Shown here: positions 29,001 through 44,000 of the stretch, one piece after another | Numbering within the stretch: position 1 is the first letter of the stretch | Layout: each line of letters begins with the position of its first letter | Assembly (NCBI GenBank): GCA_051294905.1 | Contig: CM119379.1 | Span: forward strand, 20,584,001-20,648,000 | Direction of reading: 5' to 3' | Source of the DNA: Botryllus schlosseri | Taxonomy: Eukaryota | DNA: 64,000 nucleotides | Translations under genes and position numbers: made by a program | Notes under the pieces: model-generated | The model's input: the letters and a program-made list of their open reading frames with translations, nothing else | What the model was told of the DNA's origin: nothing | Databases searched by the model: none

Positions 29001-32000
29001 TACCTCATCTCGGACTGGAGTACTGGAACTTCTTTGCTCAGCCCCAGTTAATACACAATTATGAAGAAGATATTTGATTTTAAACGCTTTCAATTCTTCT
29101 CTCGCTGTAGAGTTCTGGATAATCTGGTGTCGCTCATGATCAACCCAGGTACTTATAACGGTAAAACAAATTACATTTGGGACTGGTTTGGCGCTATCCA
29201 GGTGGGTTGTACGTATGCTTAGTTTTGACTTTTGCGACATCGTGTCTCTGCATATCCAAGGTGTTTGCCGCGTCATCAGTCACTCTTCAAGGCAACGTAG
29301 TGGCCGGGTCAGAGCGTTCTGCTTACTGGTTGGGCGGTGAACCGTGCGATGAGGAATGGTTTTCTGGTAACACGGCCAGATCAAGTGTGTACGGCGTATA
29401 TGTGAACAAGTTTGGTATGTAGTCCACTTCTTTTACAATTGTAAATTCATCCTGCTGTCATTTCTATCCTTTATGCTGCTTGTCATTCGGCAATATTGCT
29501 TCATTCACTGCAAATAGCTCGGTGTATAGTCTTTTGCATTGACTTGATTTTATCCATTTTACCACACCGAAAGCCATATGCAAGCAAGGCTGTAGATAGA
29601 CCTATGTCTGTCTCTGTAGTAATGTAGGTATCGACCTATTGAACTTGAAGTACTAGTTTCTTCCTCAGCCGAAGTTTTGCTGTAAATCAATGATGTTCAT
29701 GTCGGATATGTTTTCCGAATTGCCTTAATTATAAGCAAATATAGATTATATAGACCAGTGGTTCTCAACTGTAGGACCGTGGCAGGCTCTACCGGACTGC
29801 CAAATATATTAGACTTTTTATATCTCAGATCCAAAATGCATAAAGTTGGACGCCGGTCTAATAGGTAGAGAAATGAAACATCGAATTTTAAATTGATTTT
29901 TAAATTTCGATTGGGTGCTGTATGAAACTTTTTAAAAGTAACCTACACCTTGTTTACCAAAGTTTATATGTGAAACTATAAGGAGACCTGTAAACTAAAT
30001 TTTGACAATACAACTTTGCGACATTAAGCAGTAGAATAGAGGCTAGGAAACAGCAAATTCGCATTTATTTCAAGGAAACCGAACAATTCAAGTTAGTGGT
30101 TTTCAACACCACTTTTATTTGAAGAAACTTCAATAAAACCACATATAACACGACTAACATCAAAAGCAGCATTAAATGTAGTTTGCAATTATTGAGGTTT
30201 GCCGGTCCGCAAAGTAAAAAGACTGAAGATCGCTTCAATACAATATAATGATACGTATCAAAATTCTGATATTAGTCTGGTTTTGGTTGTAGATAATAAT
30301 TTCAAAAGTATAGATGTGGCTGAGACTGGTAGATTTCGAACCTGAGTGTCTCCAACTCGTAACTTGCGCTTGGAGCTTACCATACACACATCATCATTTG
30401 CAAATTATGAATGTGTCAATTTTTGTTCTCTATTTTATGTGTTCCCGTGTTTAATTTCAGGCCAAGGCTTGTGCTCGGCGATTCGCGATTTCAACATCCA
30501 CTACTCTTATTATTTCGGTATTTACTTCCAAGACAGTAGCAATATCGAAATATCCGACTGCCTCATTACCGACTCTGGAGTCGGTATCTTGACACTGTTC
30601 AACGGGTGAGTCTTTTAATATGTTGATGAAATTTCTACATTTTTGTCATAGCCCTAAGAATCATCGCGCAACTCTCGAATTTTTTCTCAATGACCGAATC
30701 AAACCTGGTACCGACATTCATACGGCCACCCAATCCGAGTTTTGTTGTCACAATGGCGCTTATGCCACTGTTTTCTTATACAAGCAGATAGCAATTTAGT
30801 GAATTTATGAACAGATTTCGATTGAATTTTCCATTACATGCAGACATTCAATTATCCATATTGCTGCAATAGTGTTATTTGCAACACCTCGAATTGCTTA
30901 CATGAATCTTGTGTGAAATGACCATGATTGATTAACTATCGGCGGATATTGAGAATAGCTTATAGTCCTTCATGAAATTAGCCTGTGTTGTTGATGAAAT
31001 TTATTAGCTTGTGGTACAATAGACATTCGTAATTCTAAGTACCATAATATGATTTTAATAATTATAATATCTCAAATCCAAAGAATAATCAATCTGCCAC
31101 CACACTTCCTAGGACATTTTAAGAATGTCTACTTGAATATTTTCTCTCCTTTTCACAGACCATCATCCACGACTCATCTCTACCAAGAGAAATACGGCTC
31201 GATTACCAACGTCCAAATTGTCGCCGTCACTGAGCCAGGTATATATTTTCACTTTCAAACCCCGAGACTTCGTCACCACCTTTTTCGTGTTATCAGGAGT
31301 TTGCCCGCAGCTGGATACTTCCGCCGGATACATATTGGCAAGCTCAAACGCTCAGACCCCTAATGACGTTCGCAGTAGCACAGTGGGAATCATGGCACCG
31401 TCGTTCATGTCTGCTCATAATGCCGCTCCGAAAAAGCCCTTCCCGGGCTTGATGCAATACCCTGCTCTGGGCGGTAAACTCACAATCCAAGGTACGAATT
31501 TTTGTTTATTCTGATCCGGCAGCATTCAATATCTCTGCAGTCAACACTCCGAAGAACGCTCCATACCATAATCGATATTATTCAACGGTTCAACAATATT
31601 CAACCGATTATTCAATCATTTGTTTTCAAATGTCTTTGTACTTTTCCAATTTTGAGCATGAATACAGGTGAGGGATTTTATTCCTACCATGACAAGTCCA
31701 AAAATGCAAATCCTAAAATATTTCAATCAATCCACTAAAAGTCCTGGATCTGCTATTCGTCCAACTGTTAATGAAGGCGCAAATATTAAAAGGTTGGCAC
31801 CAGCTCAATGCCAAAAACGAGTCCTTGCTATTGTTTATTAAATTATAGACGCCAACTTTAATTTTAATCTAGGCGATACTACTCCATGTGTATCGATTCG
31901 CAGGCGCGTCTTTTGTGAATTTTGGTGACGCAACGTGTTCTGGTGTGGATCACACCGCCATCACTATGAACTCGAAGAACGAAGACTATCACCATCCCGT

Positions 32001-35000
32001 ATTCGTTAGTCAGTCGACATTTGTCAATTCCCCAACGGGAACGCGCGTTTACTACAGCAGGCCCAGTCTAGGGTGAGTTGAAATTGGGACAATTATGTTC
32101 GTATGCAGATCGAATTTTCTGCGGGAAGAATTGTAGGCAGAGAATGCAAAGAAAATTATTTGGATTTGGTTATTTTTATTGGATCTTGATCTGAGGAATA
32201 TGAGTGTATGCCTTGGCATATGTATATCTTGTGTTTATATTGGATCGACAAGCTACAAAAGATCCAAAACATCGCTGCTCGTTTGGTAACTAGGTCAAGG
32301 AAGCGTGATCACGTAACACCGATTCTTAGATCCCTTCATTGGTTACCCGTGAAATTTAGGTCTGAATACAAGCTTCTTCTGTACGTCTTCAAATGCATGG
32401 AGGGAAGTGCACCAGCGTATCTTCGTGAGCTAGTGACAATGTAAAATCCCGGTAGAGCGCTACGTTCTCAGTCGCAAAAGCTCTTGTCCGTTCCAAGAGT
32501 CAGAACATCGACCTACGGCGAGAGAACCTTTTCTTCCTCGGCCGCCATTCTGTGGAACAATCTTCCAATTTCTATCAGACTATGTGACTCGCTATATGTT
32601 TTCAAACGCAAAATCAAGACCGTTTTATTCGCACGAGCGTTCGAACTAGAGTAGTGTTCATTCCGCCCTACAACTATGCACTTCGTCTTTTATACATATC
32701 CTTTGCTTTTATATTTTATTGCCTTTTATGTACAGCGCCCTAGTGTTGTAATGATATATTGTTATATTCGGCGCTCTATAAATTATATTATTATTATATT
32801 CTTTATTCACAGTAAAACTGGTACATACACACATAATCCGGGGAGCAACCTGCCCCCAAAGGAAAATGGCGAGATTGGAGTAAATTTTTTAAAATTTCAG
32901 TTATACATTCAAATTGTTATTCCTATGCAATACACGGAGAAGTCAGATTACAGAATTGCAGCAGATGAAGAATTGGCAAGGGTTACAGAGCAGAGGTAGA
33001 GATGATTGAAGATGAACAATCGAAATTACAGAAATTATGCTGTGATTCACAAGTGTAATTTTAGTCCAGTGGAGCATTCAAGGCCTTCCGAAGAATGTGC
33101 ACAGTCCCCAATAATGTGATCTTTTGGATCATGTCGAATCGAACGTTACCCGGAATTTGTTGGATATGTCTCATGAGTTTTTTGCTCACGACCCCTGTAG
33201 CGCCAATGACTGTCGGTACAATGTTTATTTTGCATCGCCACATTTTCTCACATTCCATTTTGAGGTCTGCGTATTTGGAGTGTTTTTCTGATTCTTTTTG
33301 CTGTAGGTTGTGATCAGCTGGGACAGCCAGTTCAATGAATAAGCATTCTCTTTTTCTTTTTAGTTTGACGATTATATCCGGGCGGTTGCTTCTGATTTCG
33401 CGGTCAGTTATAACTGGTACATCCCACAGAATTTTTACTTGTTCGTTTTCTGTCACTGGTGCTGGGCTGTAATCGTACCAATTTTTTGTCTAAGTGGTGA
33501 TGTCAAAATGTTTGCATAATTCAAGATGAATGTAGTGACCAATCCTATTGTGTCTCCATGTGTATTCGGTAGCTGCAAGTGCACCACAGCCGGACATGAG
33601 ATGTGCTACAGTTTCATTTTGGTTGTGGCACATTCTGCATTTGCCGTCCGTGTTTTGCTTCAGAATATTATTCAGAAATATTATTATTATTATTATTATT
33701 ATATATTTAGTGTGCCCCAATTTGTTTGGCTTGATTGCCTCGCCATTACAATGATTTTGTGTTGTCTTTCGAGTGATCAAAATCTAGAATCTTTTCGAGA
33801 AACTTGAAACCCCCTAATATCTTCGCCCAATCTCATTCCTTTTCAGTAAGTGTAGAGCTCAACTTTGGGTTTTCAGGCTAAGAGCCTGAACCATCCCCCT
33901 TCTGCAGTGAATAGTATACTCTGTCAAGTCGATGTCTTTACTTCAGTAAGATCAACCCATCCGACTGCGTTGATATGGAATGCGACGGCCACAAGAATTT
34001 CATAATCACCGATCTTGACGGAACGTTCCTGGGCACTCCGGGAGACATTATACCTGAGGTATCCTATGATCTTTCTCCTTTTGTAAATCTGAGGATTCCA
34101 AACTTTGCATCGCTCATATACCGTGTACTAAGTCATTCCAAATTGATGACAGTTTTCATGTCAGGTAATGAGGTCAAGTTTCTATTTAAGATGTTCAAGT
34201 ACAAAGCATGCCCTTTGTTTGTGTGTGTGAAATTACCATGATTAATGCAGTTATTTTCGATTTTTTCAAATTTACAAGCTCCATAAAACACAATGCTTTC
34301 ACGCAATTTCTCATGTTCCGCTGCTAGTACTGCATCGATCACCCATCATTTGATGCTTAATTTTGCGACAGGCCGAATTTGAATGGGACGGTGACAAGGC
34401 TAGGGGTCTGGGAGACTACAACATTCCCGAAACTCTTCTGACTTATCCAAACGGAACTAGAATACCAATCGACAAAATCGCGCCCAACAAAGGAATTATG
34501 CGGTAATATCTCAACGTTATGAGTGTAATGTAGAACCGAGTCGCCTTGACACCGTGTTTCTCCGGCCTAGGGCTGATGACGCCACCAGGAATTGTGTGTA
34601 TCAATCGGCCTGGCAAGCGTACGAATGTCATGGGTATGATCATCAATTGTTTTTGTTGGAGAGTTTGGATATCGACAGCGAGACAAGGAGGATTGCGCCT
34701 GTGGCGCTTCTCACCGACGGATACGTTGATCTCGAAAATGGTATGTCTGCGACATTTTGGCTGAGACGATCCGGTACATGACACTTTTAAAAATTGAAGC
34801 AGTCAACTCAAATTTCAAATTGGAAACCCCCATGCTATAGCAAAATAGTGTATTCGCTTGCTTTTACCACGACTAAGTGACATCAATGACTACAATCGGC
34901 TGTATCTAATAGCGATATGCTGTTGACATTATTACCGACTATAAAAAATGACTTTGCGGCGATTATTGGTAACACGTCTATCATTCTCCCTGCAACTTAT

Positions 35001-38000
35001 CAGTTTGATCCATTTTGATTTCAACAGGACCCCAAGACCATGGATGGTGTGCGGGTTACACCTGTCAATTGAGACTATCGACTTTCTTTACCACTACCGC
35101 TATCGGCTCTGTTTACGAGATACACTTCTCTGGTGGGTAGCTGTTTTGGATAAGGATTTTTTCATCGTTTGATTCCAATTAATATTGACTAAATGCACAG
35201 ACTGTGTATCCTACCGACCAAGTAGAGTGAGATTAAATGCTATTATTTTACTCAGCTGCGTGCAATCCGATGTTTATAGCCGATTCAATGCTCACATTTG
35301 CAATATTCTGTCTCTAATATTGAACAAGACAAGTCGTAATTCTTTGCGCAATTAGGCATCACTGGTCTTGTAGTCTGCGAATGTTGATTGCCCGTGTTCT
35401 GCGATTGATCGAGCTCACCGTCATTGCTTTAACTTCAGTTGGCTTATTTGGGCTATTAAGTATATGTCCGTTCGTTAATTTGTATTACTTTGTATAGGTT
35501 TGTTTCTTTTAACCGCAAGTGACCGCAAACCTAGTTTCATGAACAACGTTGTCTTGTGATATACATTATATCCTTTCTGTTACGCCATTTATTTGAATAT
35601 ACCACCCTTTATCAATGGAGCTCCATTTTCTCAAGCTCAGTTGCTGAATTCGAGTTTTATTTAGAAAGTAGCAATCACAGCTATCCTAAGAATCAACAAC
35701 ACTGGCCTTGCTAACTATTGAGCATGATAAGCTATTTGTGATATTATACCTTCCAAGGTCTTTGTTTGACTGAACTGAATTAGGCCTTCGTGCGTGGGCT
35801 TCCGTGTACTAAATAGACGGTCACTGCTTTTGAGTTTTGCGCATATACGGAAGACAACGTTCGTGCGTTATGGTACTTTTCATTGCGCCGCAGGCACCAA
35901 CCCAACTCAGTTGCGTCTCAGACTACCTCACGCATCTGCGAACGACGCTATTGTGGCTTGCATTTTCTATTCTACATCCAATCGTCTGGATGTTTACTAC
36001 GATGATGCGTACGTCATGCCAACAAACGGTTATGAGCAAAATGGTAAGAAAAACTAGGTGTTGTCTGTTAATTCCATTTTAATAGACAGACAGACAGATT
36101 CTGTATTCGTACGATGAGAGTTCACACAAATATGTAAAAAAGACAAACACAGCGATGCGACCACAACAAGATGTGTAGTCTTCAAGTCAGCTGTAGTCAA
36201 AGTACATTTATATCATGCAACTGTCGGTCAGTAACACTTCAACAAAAGATTAAACAACAAAACGCAAACGCAAAACAGTGGTAGTAGAAAAAAAAAAACT
36301 GTAACACTAGTTCAAAATAAATACCGGATCATACTCTTACATCTCAATATGTATAAATGAGTGTAGACTTAAAATTCCGACAGAATGATGCAAATGACAA
36401 ACCTCTGTGCTCTATTGATAAGGAGTTCCAAATCCTTGGACCAACAGAAGTTAAGGATCTCTGGCACACACTAGCGGCTAAATTCTGTATAATTTTTAAT
36501 AGCAATTAGTACGGTAGCCACACCATGGTAAGTCTGCTATTTTCTTATAACATTCGTAGCTCATGTTCACATCAAAAACCAGTAATATTGTGGCCAATGA
36601 TAACATAAGGTGAAATACTGTATTTGATCATTATGCAGTCAACAAACCGCCGTTGAAATCGATATTTGTTGGCAAAATTGTGAGAATATTGTTCTTGACG
36701 TGATAGCAACATCTTGATTACGATATGAGCTAACTGTAATCATTTTTTCGCAAGATTAACGTCCGGAAATGGTACTATAAAGTCTTTATCTAATCTTGAA
36801 TCCGAACATTATGTTCTAACAGAAAATTTCAATCGAATTTCGAATCCACTGCACCGCTTTTAATAAAGCCTAATCCAAAAATTATATTAGCGTTGACCTT
36901 ATATAGTGATTGTGAAAGTGAAAAATTCATATCAAATTTCAGTTCTAGTGCACCGTACAATCTTTATCTGGATCTATTACCCGCCACTTTCGTCACATAT
37001 GCGGCATTAATTGTACAGGTCAAGTGCTGACAGACGCTCCGCCCGAAGACCAGCCTATGTTGTACATGCCAAATGTCACGAGTCCGGCTGCCTCCAATTT
37101 CTACAGCAGATACACCAAAACTATTTGCGTCACTGTGAGAGGCCCGCTACCGATGGACGTAGTGGTAAATGCGCACCCAATTTCTGTGTTTACTGTACAA
37201 ATGTAGCGTAATGCTTCCTGTCTTTGCATGTTAGTCTTAATCCGTGTCATCAGCAGAGGTGATCAAAATACCCATCGTTGTACAATGATTTTTAAGTAAT
37301 TAAAAAGCACATATACTAAGCCTAGTTTTTATTGAAAAAAAGCGAAAAATGTTTAGTATACGTGAAAGTACTATAAAACCATAACCAGTTGACGAAGTGC
37401 AAGTAGAAAAAATGTACTTGAGCAGGGTCGGATTCTCCTGGCCTGGGTGGCTAGGCTTTGATGACACTGTTATATTGAGCCTCCTGTCTATCCAGTGCTT
37501 ATAAGATAGCGATTTCTATACCTTCCGTGTCCAGCGGCATCTGTACATTATGGATCATGGTATGTATATGCACAGATCATGTTTATGTATGTCATTAGTC
37601 GGTGTGTATGTCGCAAAAATGTATAATGTGCTATTCCGATATGTATATTGCGATTCGCCGAATTCCGTTTTGCTATACATTTTGTTGATTTGCGCGGTTG
37701 GCAATAAAGATTCTCTCTCTCCATAACCTGCCATGCCAATGAACCAGTTTAGTATCGTAATGAATTTGAATATATGTTTCGAGAAATGATTGTTTCTTGT
37801 CGGCTATTCATTTCCTGCGTTTGCCTGCATCTTTTCTCTACGTTACCAGGTCTCGGCAGCCATCTTTTTGTCCTTCAACGTACCCTCAGTCACGGTGGAC
37901 GAGTTTTTCGACAAAGCACGGAAAAATCTGGCTGCTCTGCTTGGCGTAAGAACGTTTTTGTGGAGTCGTTGAGTGCAAATTTACCGATATCAGATCCTGT

Positions 38001-41000
38001 TCTTTGTCAATTGGTTTCTACTTATTGCGTGTTGGCAGTCCGTTCCACGCTCCGTCCGACTCACTTGTTTATCTCTGGCATGCGTTTCCAGGTCACTGAA
38101 GATCGTATATGGATTGCAAATGCTGTAAGCGAGTTATCGGGCCGGAGGCGAAAGCGGGAAGGCGAATTAACTGTTACGTTTGGGATCGGTTCGCAGCCAG
38201 CGACAGCGTCGCCAGTCGTCGAGAGGACCATTCCTAGAGCGGTACATTGCAAATTATGTCATGGTTTGCTGATGAAGTAGGCCTGTACGGAGAGTTGGTC
38301 AAAGTAGTTAGTGTTGCTACTGGAGTTGAGCTGTAAATGATTCTCCAATGCATGTAGAAGTATCGATTAAGTAACATTAGTGCAAAAAGTAATACGTCCT
38401 GCCTAAAATGATGTGAGTAACAGAAGGGGAAATGGTATAAAAACATGACCGCCGGAATAGTTTGTAAAAGTAGGCAAATATATTTTGAGTACCCTGAAAA
38501 ACCGGCCGCATCCGCAGACGATGAGGAACATTCTCTCACGTGGATGCTTAAATGTATTCTGCTACGCTGTGCGGTTATTCGGTTATTAGTAGGGCAAGTT
38601 TTTGCGACTTTTTTTTACAACTTCCAGCGGCTTCCTAAGTACTCAGAAGTTTTGTAGTATGGTGTTTTAGGCTGTTTGGAGGAATTTTTCGTGCTACAGT
38701 GCCTTGGATACGGAACGACTCGAGTATCTCATACCCTAATAATTTCAAGGAACTTTTCCATAAATGCAACTTTTTAGTGCAACTTGTGTGAAAAATAAGT
38801 GCAACTTTCCGTCGATTTTACTGCAACAAAAACTTTCCCTAGTTATTAGCAATCCTTACTGTACATACGTAGGTTGTAGAGGAGTCGGACAATGGGACCG
38901 TGACCATCATAAGTCCTGGTGAGCCCGATGAAGCCACCGAACTTGCGACCGCGGCGGATGAAGCCGAAAGGGCTGCACTGTTGGCGGTGAGAATTGTCTT
39001 TATCTGTAACGATTTGTAGATTGGTATTGATGTTTTGTTATCGACGGTGCTATGTGCAGTGTGGGGTGTCAAATTTAATAATGCCCCTGTTCGAATTTTT
39101 GGCAATGACCGACATAGTTGGCGCTTAAAATTGGCTGGCTGTGTCGGTCAGACTTGCTGAAGTATATTCCGTATATTCATAATGAAGGATAGTGGATCAC
39201 TGCAATGTATTACGATTGTAGTAATACGGTCAGTTGCGACAATATGCACATGCGTACAATCGTATAATGGATCGTACTAGAACAGTGGTTCTTAATCTGA
39301 GTCAAGACCAAGAACCCGAGACACACGCCCAACACATGAGATTCGTGAATACATGCCCATCTGAGACATCAATGGCTAAAGGGTATAAGGTGCGAGCAGT
39401 ATATTCGAATTGTGTTTCTATAGATTAATAATACAGGGCACACAAATAACATCCAGTCGTGATAAACTCTCAGCAATGTGTCGCGCTGACAATATATCAA
39501 TTCGAAACTGAAATCGCAAGAAATAGTAGCAGTCTTGAAAACTGATAGAGTTTACTTCTCGCGCAGAACATGGAAACGATAGCCGCCGTGGTGGAATCGG
39601 GACAGGCGACTGAGTTAATCACAGATGGGGTACCAATATCAGGAATAGCACTCACACCACCACCGCCGACGCCTACCACTGACACTGAGGTAAGTTGTGT
39701 CACCGAGCCATCATTTAAAACATGATATCATTTGGCATCAGCCATGGGTATTTGAAATTGCTCAATTGGTAAAAAAGAAAACACTTTACTTTTCAGAACG
39801 GAACAGACTCAGTTGAGCCGATTGTGCTGGTTGAAGTGGCCAGTTTAGCTACGGTCGCTTCACCTGATCCTATGGGAGGTCGGGCTGGAGTAGCGTTTCA
39901 AGGAGCGGCAGTGGTGAGTGGCTGTGGAGTGGAGGGGGGAAATAATTTGGAATCTGACCGTGGCGTTGCTATCTTTTCTAGTATCAACTTCTCGATGTAA
40001 ACGGGGATGTTGCTTCTCCGCTGGCACATTGGGTGGTGAAAGCCTCTATTTTCGAAGGGGATGACGAGACCGCCAGCATCGTAAGCGGATCCGAGGAACC
40101 AATGGTCGATGGTATTGCACGGTTTGAGGGTACGTTTATTTACTGGTCAAACCTATGAATTGGCCATATTTTTATTCAAATACTCGGGACAGACTTAGAC
40201 AACTAGATAATCCTAAGTATATTAATTAGAGCAAAATGCCATTAATCTAATTGTAATCTAATTTGTTAAATGATTCATAGCTATAATTCCAATCGAATTT
40301 CCGTTTCTCTCGAAAATGCCACAGGAGAGCTGTACATAGCGAAACGAGTCAAGCTTGTTGTACAGATGTTTGTCATCCGCGTGCTTATGGGAAGGAACTC
40401 TCATTTCATATGAAGTGAACCAGATTCAATTTCCAAATCTTCGTTAATTCAGTAATTCGAACTCCAATCTAATTTGAGAAAAACTGTAGCTCTAATTCTA
40501 ATTGTAATCTAATTTGGCCACATTGATCCGTTTGTTTATTTCAAGATTTTCATCAAGATAGAAATAGAGAGAAATAGCATAACATAACATTGCTTTCTTT
40601 CGTCTGGTCTTTTACTGGGCTTTTTTGTCGCCGTAAGAACGGCAACGGCGGGGGAAGAGGAGCCCCGATAAACCTCCGACGGGAATCGAACCCGGTTCGT
40701 CAGATTGGTGGGTGCTTATCGTAACCACTACACTATCTCCCCCAGCATACATGCAATTGAAATGTGATTTATAGATAAGCAAGGTATAGACTGGCGGCTC
40801 GATATAGCAGTGGAAGGGTTGTAAGCAAGTCACAAGGTTCCGAGTCACAGGTCGATTTTGCTTTTATAGTTTTGACTCGAGTCAATGAATAAACTAAGGT
40901 CATTGCAAATACAATTTAGCAGTCGCTTGAAAGCAGAGATTCAAAATGTTGTTTTCTTGTGCTCACAAGAAAGTAAATTAGTGCTTTCAGGTGGTAAGTG

Positions 41001-44000
41001 ATTCCACATACAACCACCAACACAGGTTTGCGATAAAATGAAAAGATAGGGCGAATGTCGATTTGGTGAAAGTCCGACCGCTTTGGTAAGCGGATTCTGT
41101 TTTATTTACAGAGTTTTTAAAAGGTTTCGATTTCTACGAGATTTCAATACGTAATTTGTCATTTCGAAAACCTGTGCCGCCTGGCTGCTGGCGCGGACAC
41201 TTGTCTTATGTTTGGCTGTTTCAATTTACGGCAGATTTGACAATTGACAAAGGCGGGAGATACGTTCTGCAATTCGTAGCCGAGTCTGGAAACATCAGCA
41301 GCGGTAACACCAATTTCATAGTAACGGCGCCTGCCATCAATGTAAGATGATTTTGCTTGTTTTTATCATAGGCGCACTTAACAATCCCATTTCTTTCGTT
41401 TATTTTCGAATTTTTAACTATTCAAAACAGCACAAATTTCGTTTTGATGAAAAAATGGGAGTGTGCCGAAACGACTTGGAGTAGTCTTGTATTTAGACGC
41501 CCAGCTTGAACCCAGAATAAATAAGTGCAATGTGTCAGTTGGCGGTGTCGATATGTCCGGTTGTGGTCCAGTAATTGCGATTATGTGGTCTTGGACAATC
41601 TGCATTGACCTCTACAATCACTCGATCTGATAAAGGAGTTCAATAGCGATCTTAGCTTTATCGCATATTATCGTTTAAACGGCTCTTGTTATGATTTATA
41701 ACAACCTATGCCCGTATTACGCTTCAGCTGAGACCACCGCGAGTGCCTACCGAATGTACGGACGAAGAAGGGGACGATTTCTTCGACAAGGAATATATCT
41801 GGGAACAAGACAATTGTACTCATCTATGCACCTATAATTGTGACGGTATGCATTTTTCCCTTGACGTGATGATTGTCCGTATTCGAGCTGTCGTCTTAAC
41901 AGTGTGACAGATTTGAAAAGTCTAAATATGCACCGGTTCTGCATCACATTCTAATTTGTTATTTTTTCGACCATGCCTATTTCATTCACGGTTTTTGGTT
42001 GAACACGACTTCGCGGATACGTCATTCAAACTAACTAGCATTAGGATGGAGTAAAAATGACTTTTTTTTCTCGAATCAAAAAAAGCAGGTTCGTAAATCC
42101 CGACAAATGACCTAAACTTCAATAAAAATTGACTTTAGGGGACTGCCCCCATTTTCAAGCCGGCAACCCCCCAATTTCTGCGCGCGAGTGGGCAAAATCG
42201 CCCATCTCGGCAACCGCAGGTCGTAGAGTCATGAAATATAGCTCAAAAGCTGCTAAAAGGTCGTGTTTCTATCCGTCCTTTGAAGAAAGTTCGATCTGTT
42301 GTGCACACAAAGCGAGTTATAGCCAAAAATGCAGTATAATTCGATGCGGGTAAACTGCGGGAGTAACAACATCGCGCGTAGCTTTGGGCTACATGTTTCA
42401 TGGGCCTATGATACGATGCGACCAATGGAGGTTTCAAGGCTTGCACAATTGAAAAATCCTATCAGCACTTTAATTTCCGTGAATAAATTACCCTTCAGTA
42501 CTCGAAAAGATCATCTGTCACTACTTGGTTCGAATTATTAGTATTAATCCTCGATTCAGATTTGAGTACTCGAACCATTGTGCCCAACCCCATTTATAAG
42601 CCTACAATGTACTTAAGCTCCAATTCTATTCTCACACTCCATGTAGGTTCCGGTGAGCGCTGCAGAGATATGACGTCGTGCGGCCCACACGCAGAGTGCC
42701 TGGACCACGAGTGCGTGTGCGGCATTACTACGTTCGATCCGAATCTTCCTGAGAATCTCGAGGCTACTTTGTCTCCCGAGATAGAATGCGCTTCCAGCTA
42801 CATTGAGTTGACGTGAGACGCTTGGCTATTTTTGACGCGCTGGGCGAATGTTGAGAGCAATCATGTACATTAGAGAAGAATTATCCAACTTGTAAATGTT
42901 TCGATGTGCATGTGCAACGCTTTACTCGTTACACCGAGTCCTTCATACACGCCATCCCTGGTTTTGCATTGTGTCTTGTGTGTATCGCATTGTGATCCTA
43001 CATGGTTGATTACTATGTGAAATAAGTTGCAAAAGCTACCAAGTTCTTACTTTTATTGTACATTGTGTGCTTTGAGCGGATGGCTATTCATGAATCGATG
43101 CAAAATGTAACTACAGGCATGAATAATCGAAACTATTGATATTTTCAAGTTTCATGGTGATATATCATTGGTGTTATGCCTGTTTTTTTGCCATAGTCTG
43201 CTAAGGAATTAACGGGTATTCACTGAGAAATTGATGTCTTGTTAAACAAAGTGCTATCAGTCAACTTCTATGGGACTTATGCCAATAATTGTCGGAACTG
43301 TTCATTCTTTTTCATTTTTGCCGTATAAGCTATCTGTCAAAATATATCTTAAGTTTCTGACTGATATGTCGGGGGTGTCCTGGTTATTTTTGCCGTACTC
43401 TGCTGAAGAATTGGTGGGTATTCGATCATAAATTAATGTCTCGATGAAGTATATAGTCCACCAGTATACAGCCATAACATAGTGATGATTCCATGACAAA
43501 GCACTAGAATATGGTTTTTCGGTGTAATGTTGATCATAAACTTGACCCCAATGCTGCAATTTCTCAACCATAGAATCTTGTTCATGGCAGGATCGATAAG
43601 TGTGGCGCGAACGCCATCGGTTTTAATTTGGCCAAACTTTTCCTGCGGGGTGAAGGACTGAGGCTGCGGCGCGCCGCTGTGGAAACCGTGTTTCCAGCGG
43701 ACAGGTCGTGTTCGGGGAGAGTGATAAATACCTTTGACGGAATCAGGTACAGCTTTAAACTGGAAGGAAACCTGAACGAATGCGATCCGGAAGTAATTGT
43801 GAGTAGTGTTCCGAGGGTTCTGGACTTTGGTGGCGTGTATGTGTATGAATTGTTGTAGCAAAGTTTGGCTAGGCCTGTGTTCTCTACGATAACAAAATAT
43901 GTCATACAAAATACAAATACAAATACAAAATAGTTATAATCTTCGAAAATATACTCAGCAGCTTCTGTGGTTATTAGATGCGGTTCTTACGTCGATGTCA

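Noticed and set aside
40670-40742. tRNA gene candidate (A box and GGTTCGATTCC B box)
   Set aside because: No acceptor stem can form, and the downstream body is shared with other repeat copies, so it is a SINE head.
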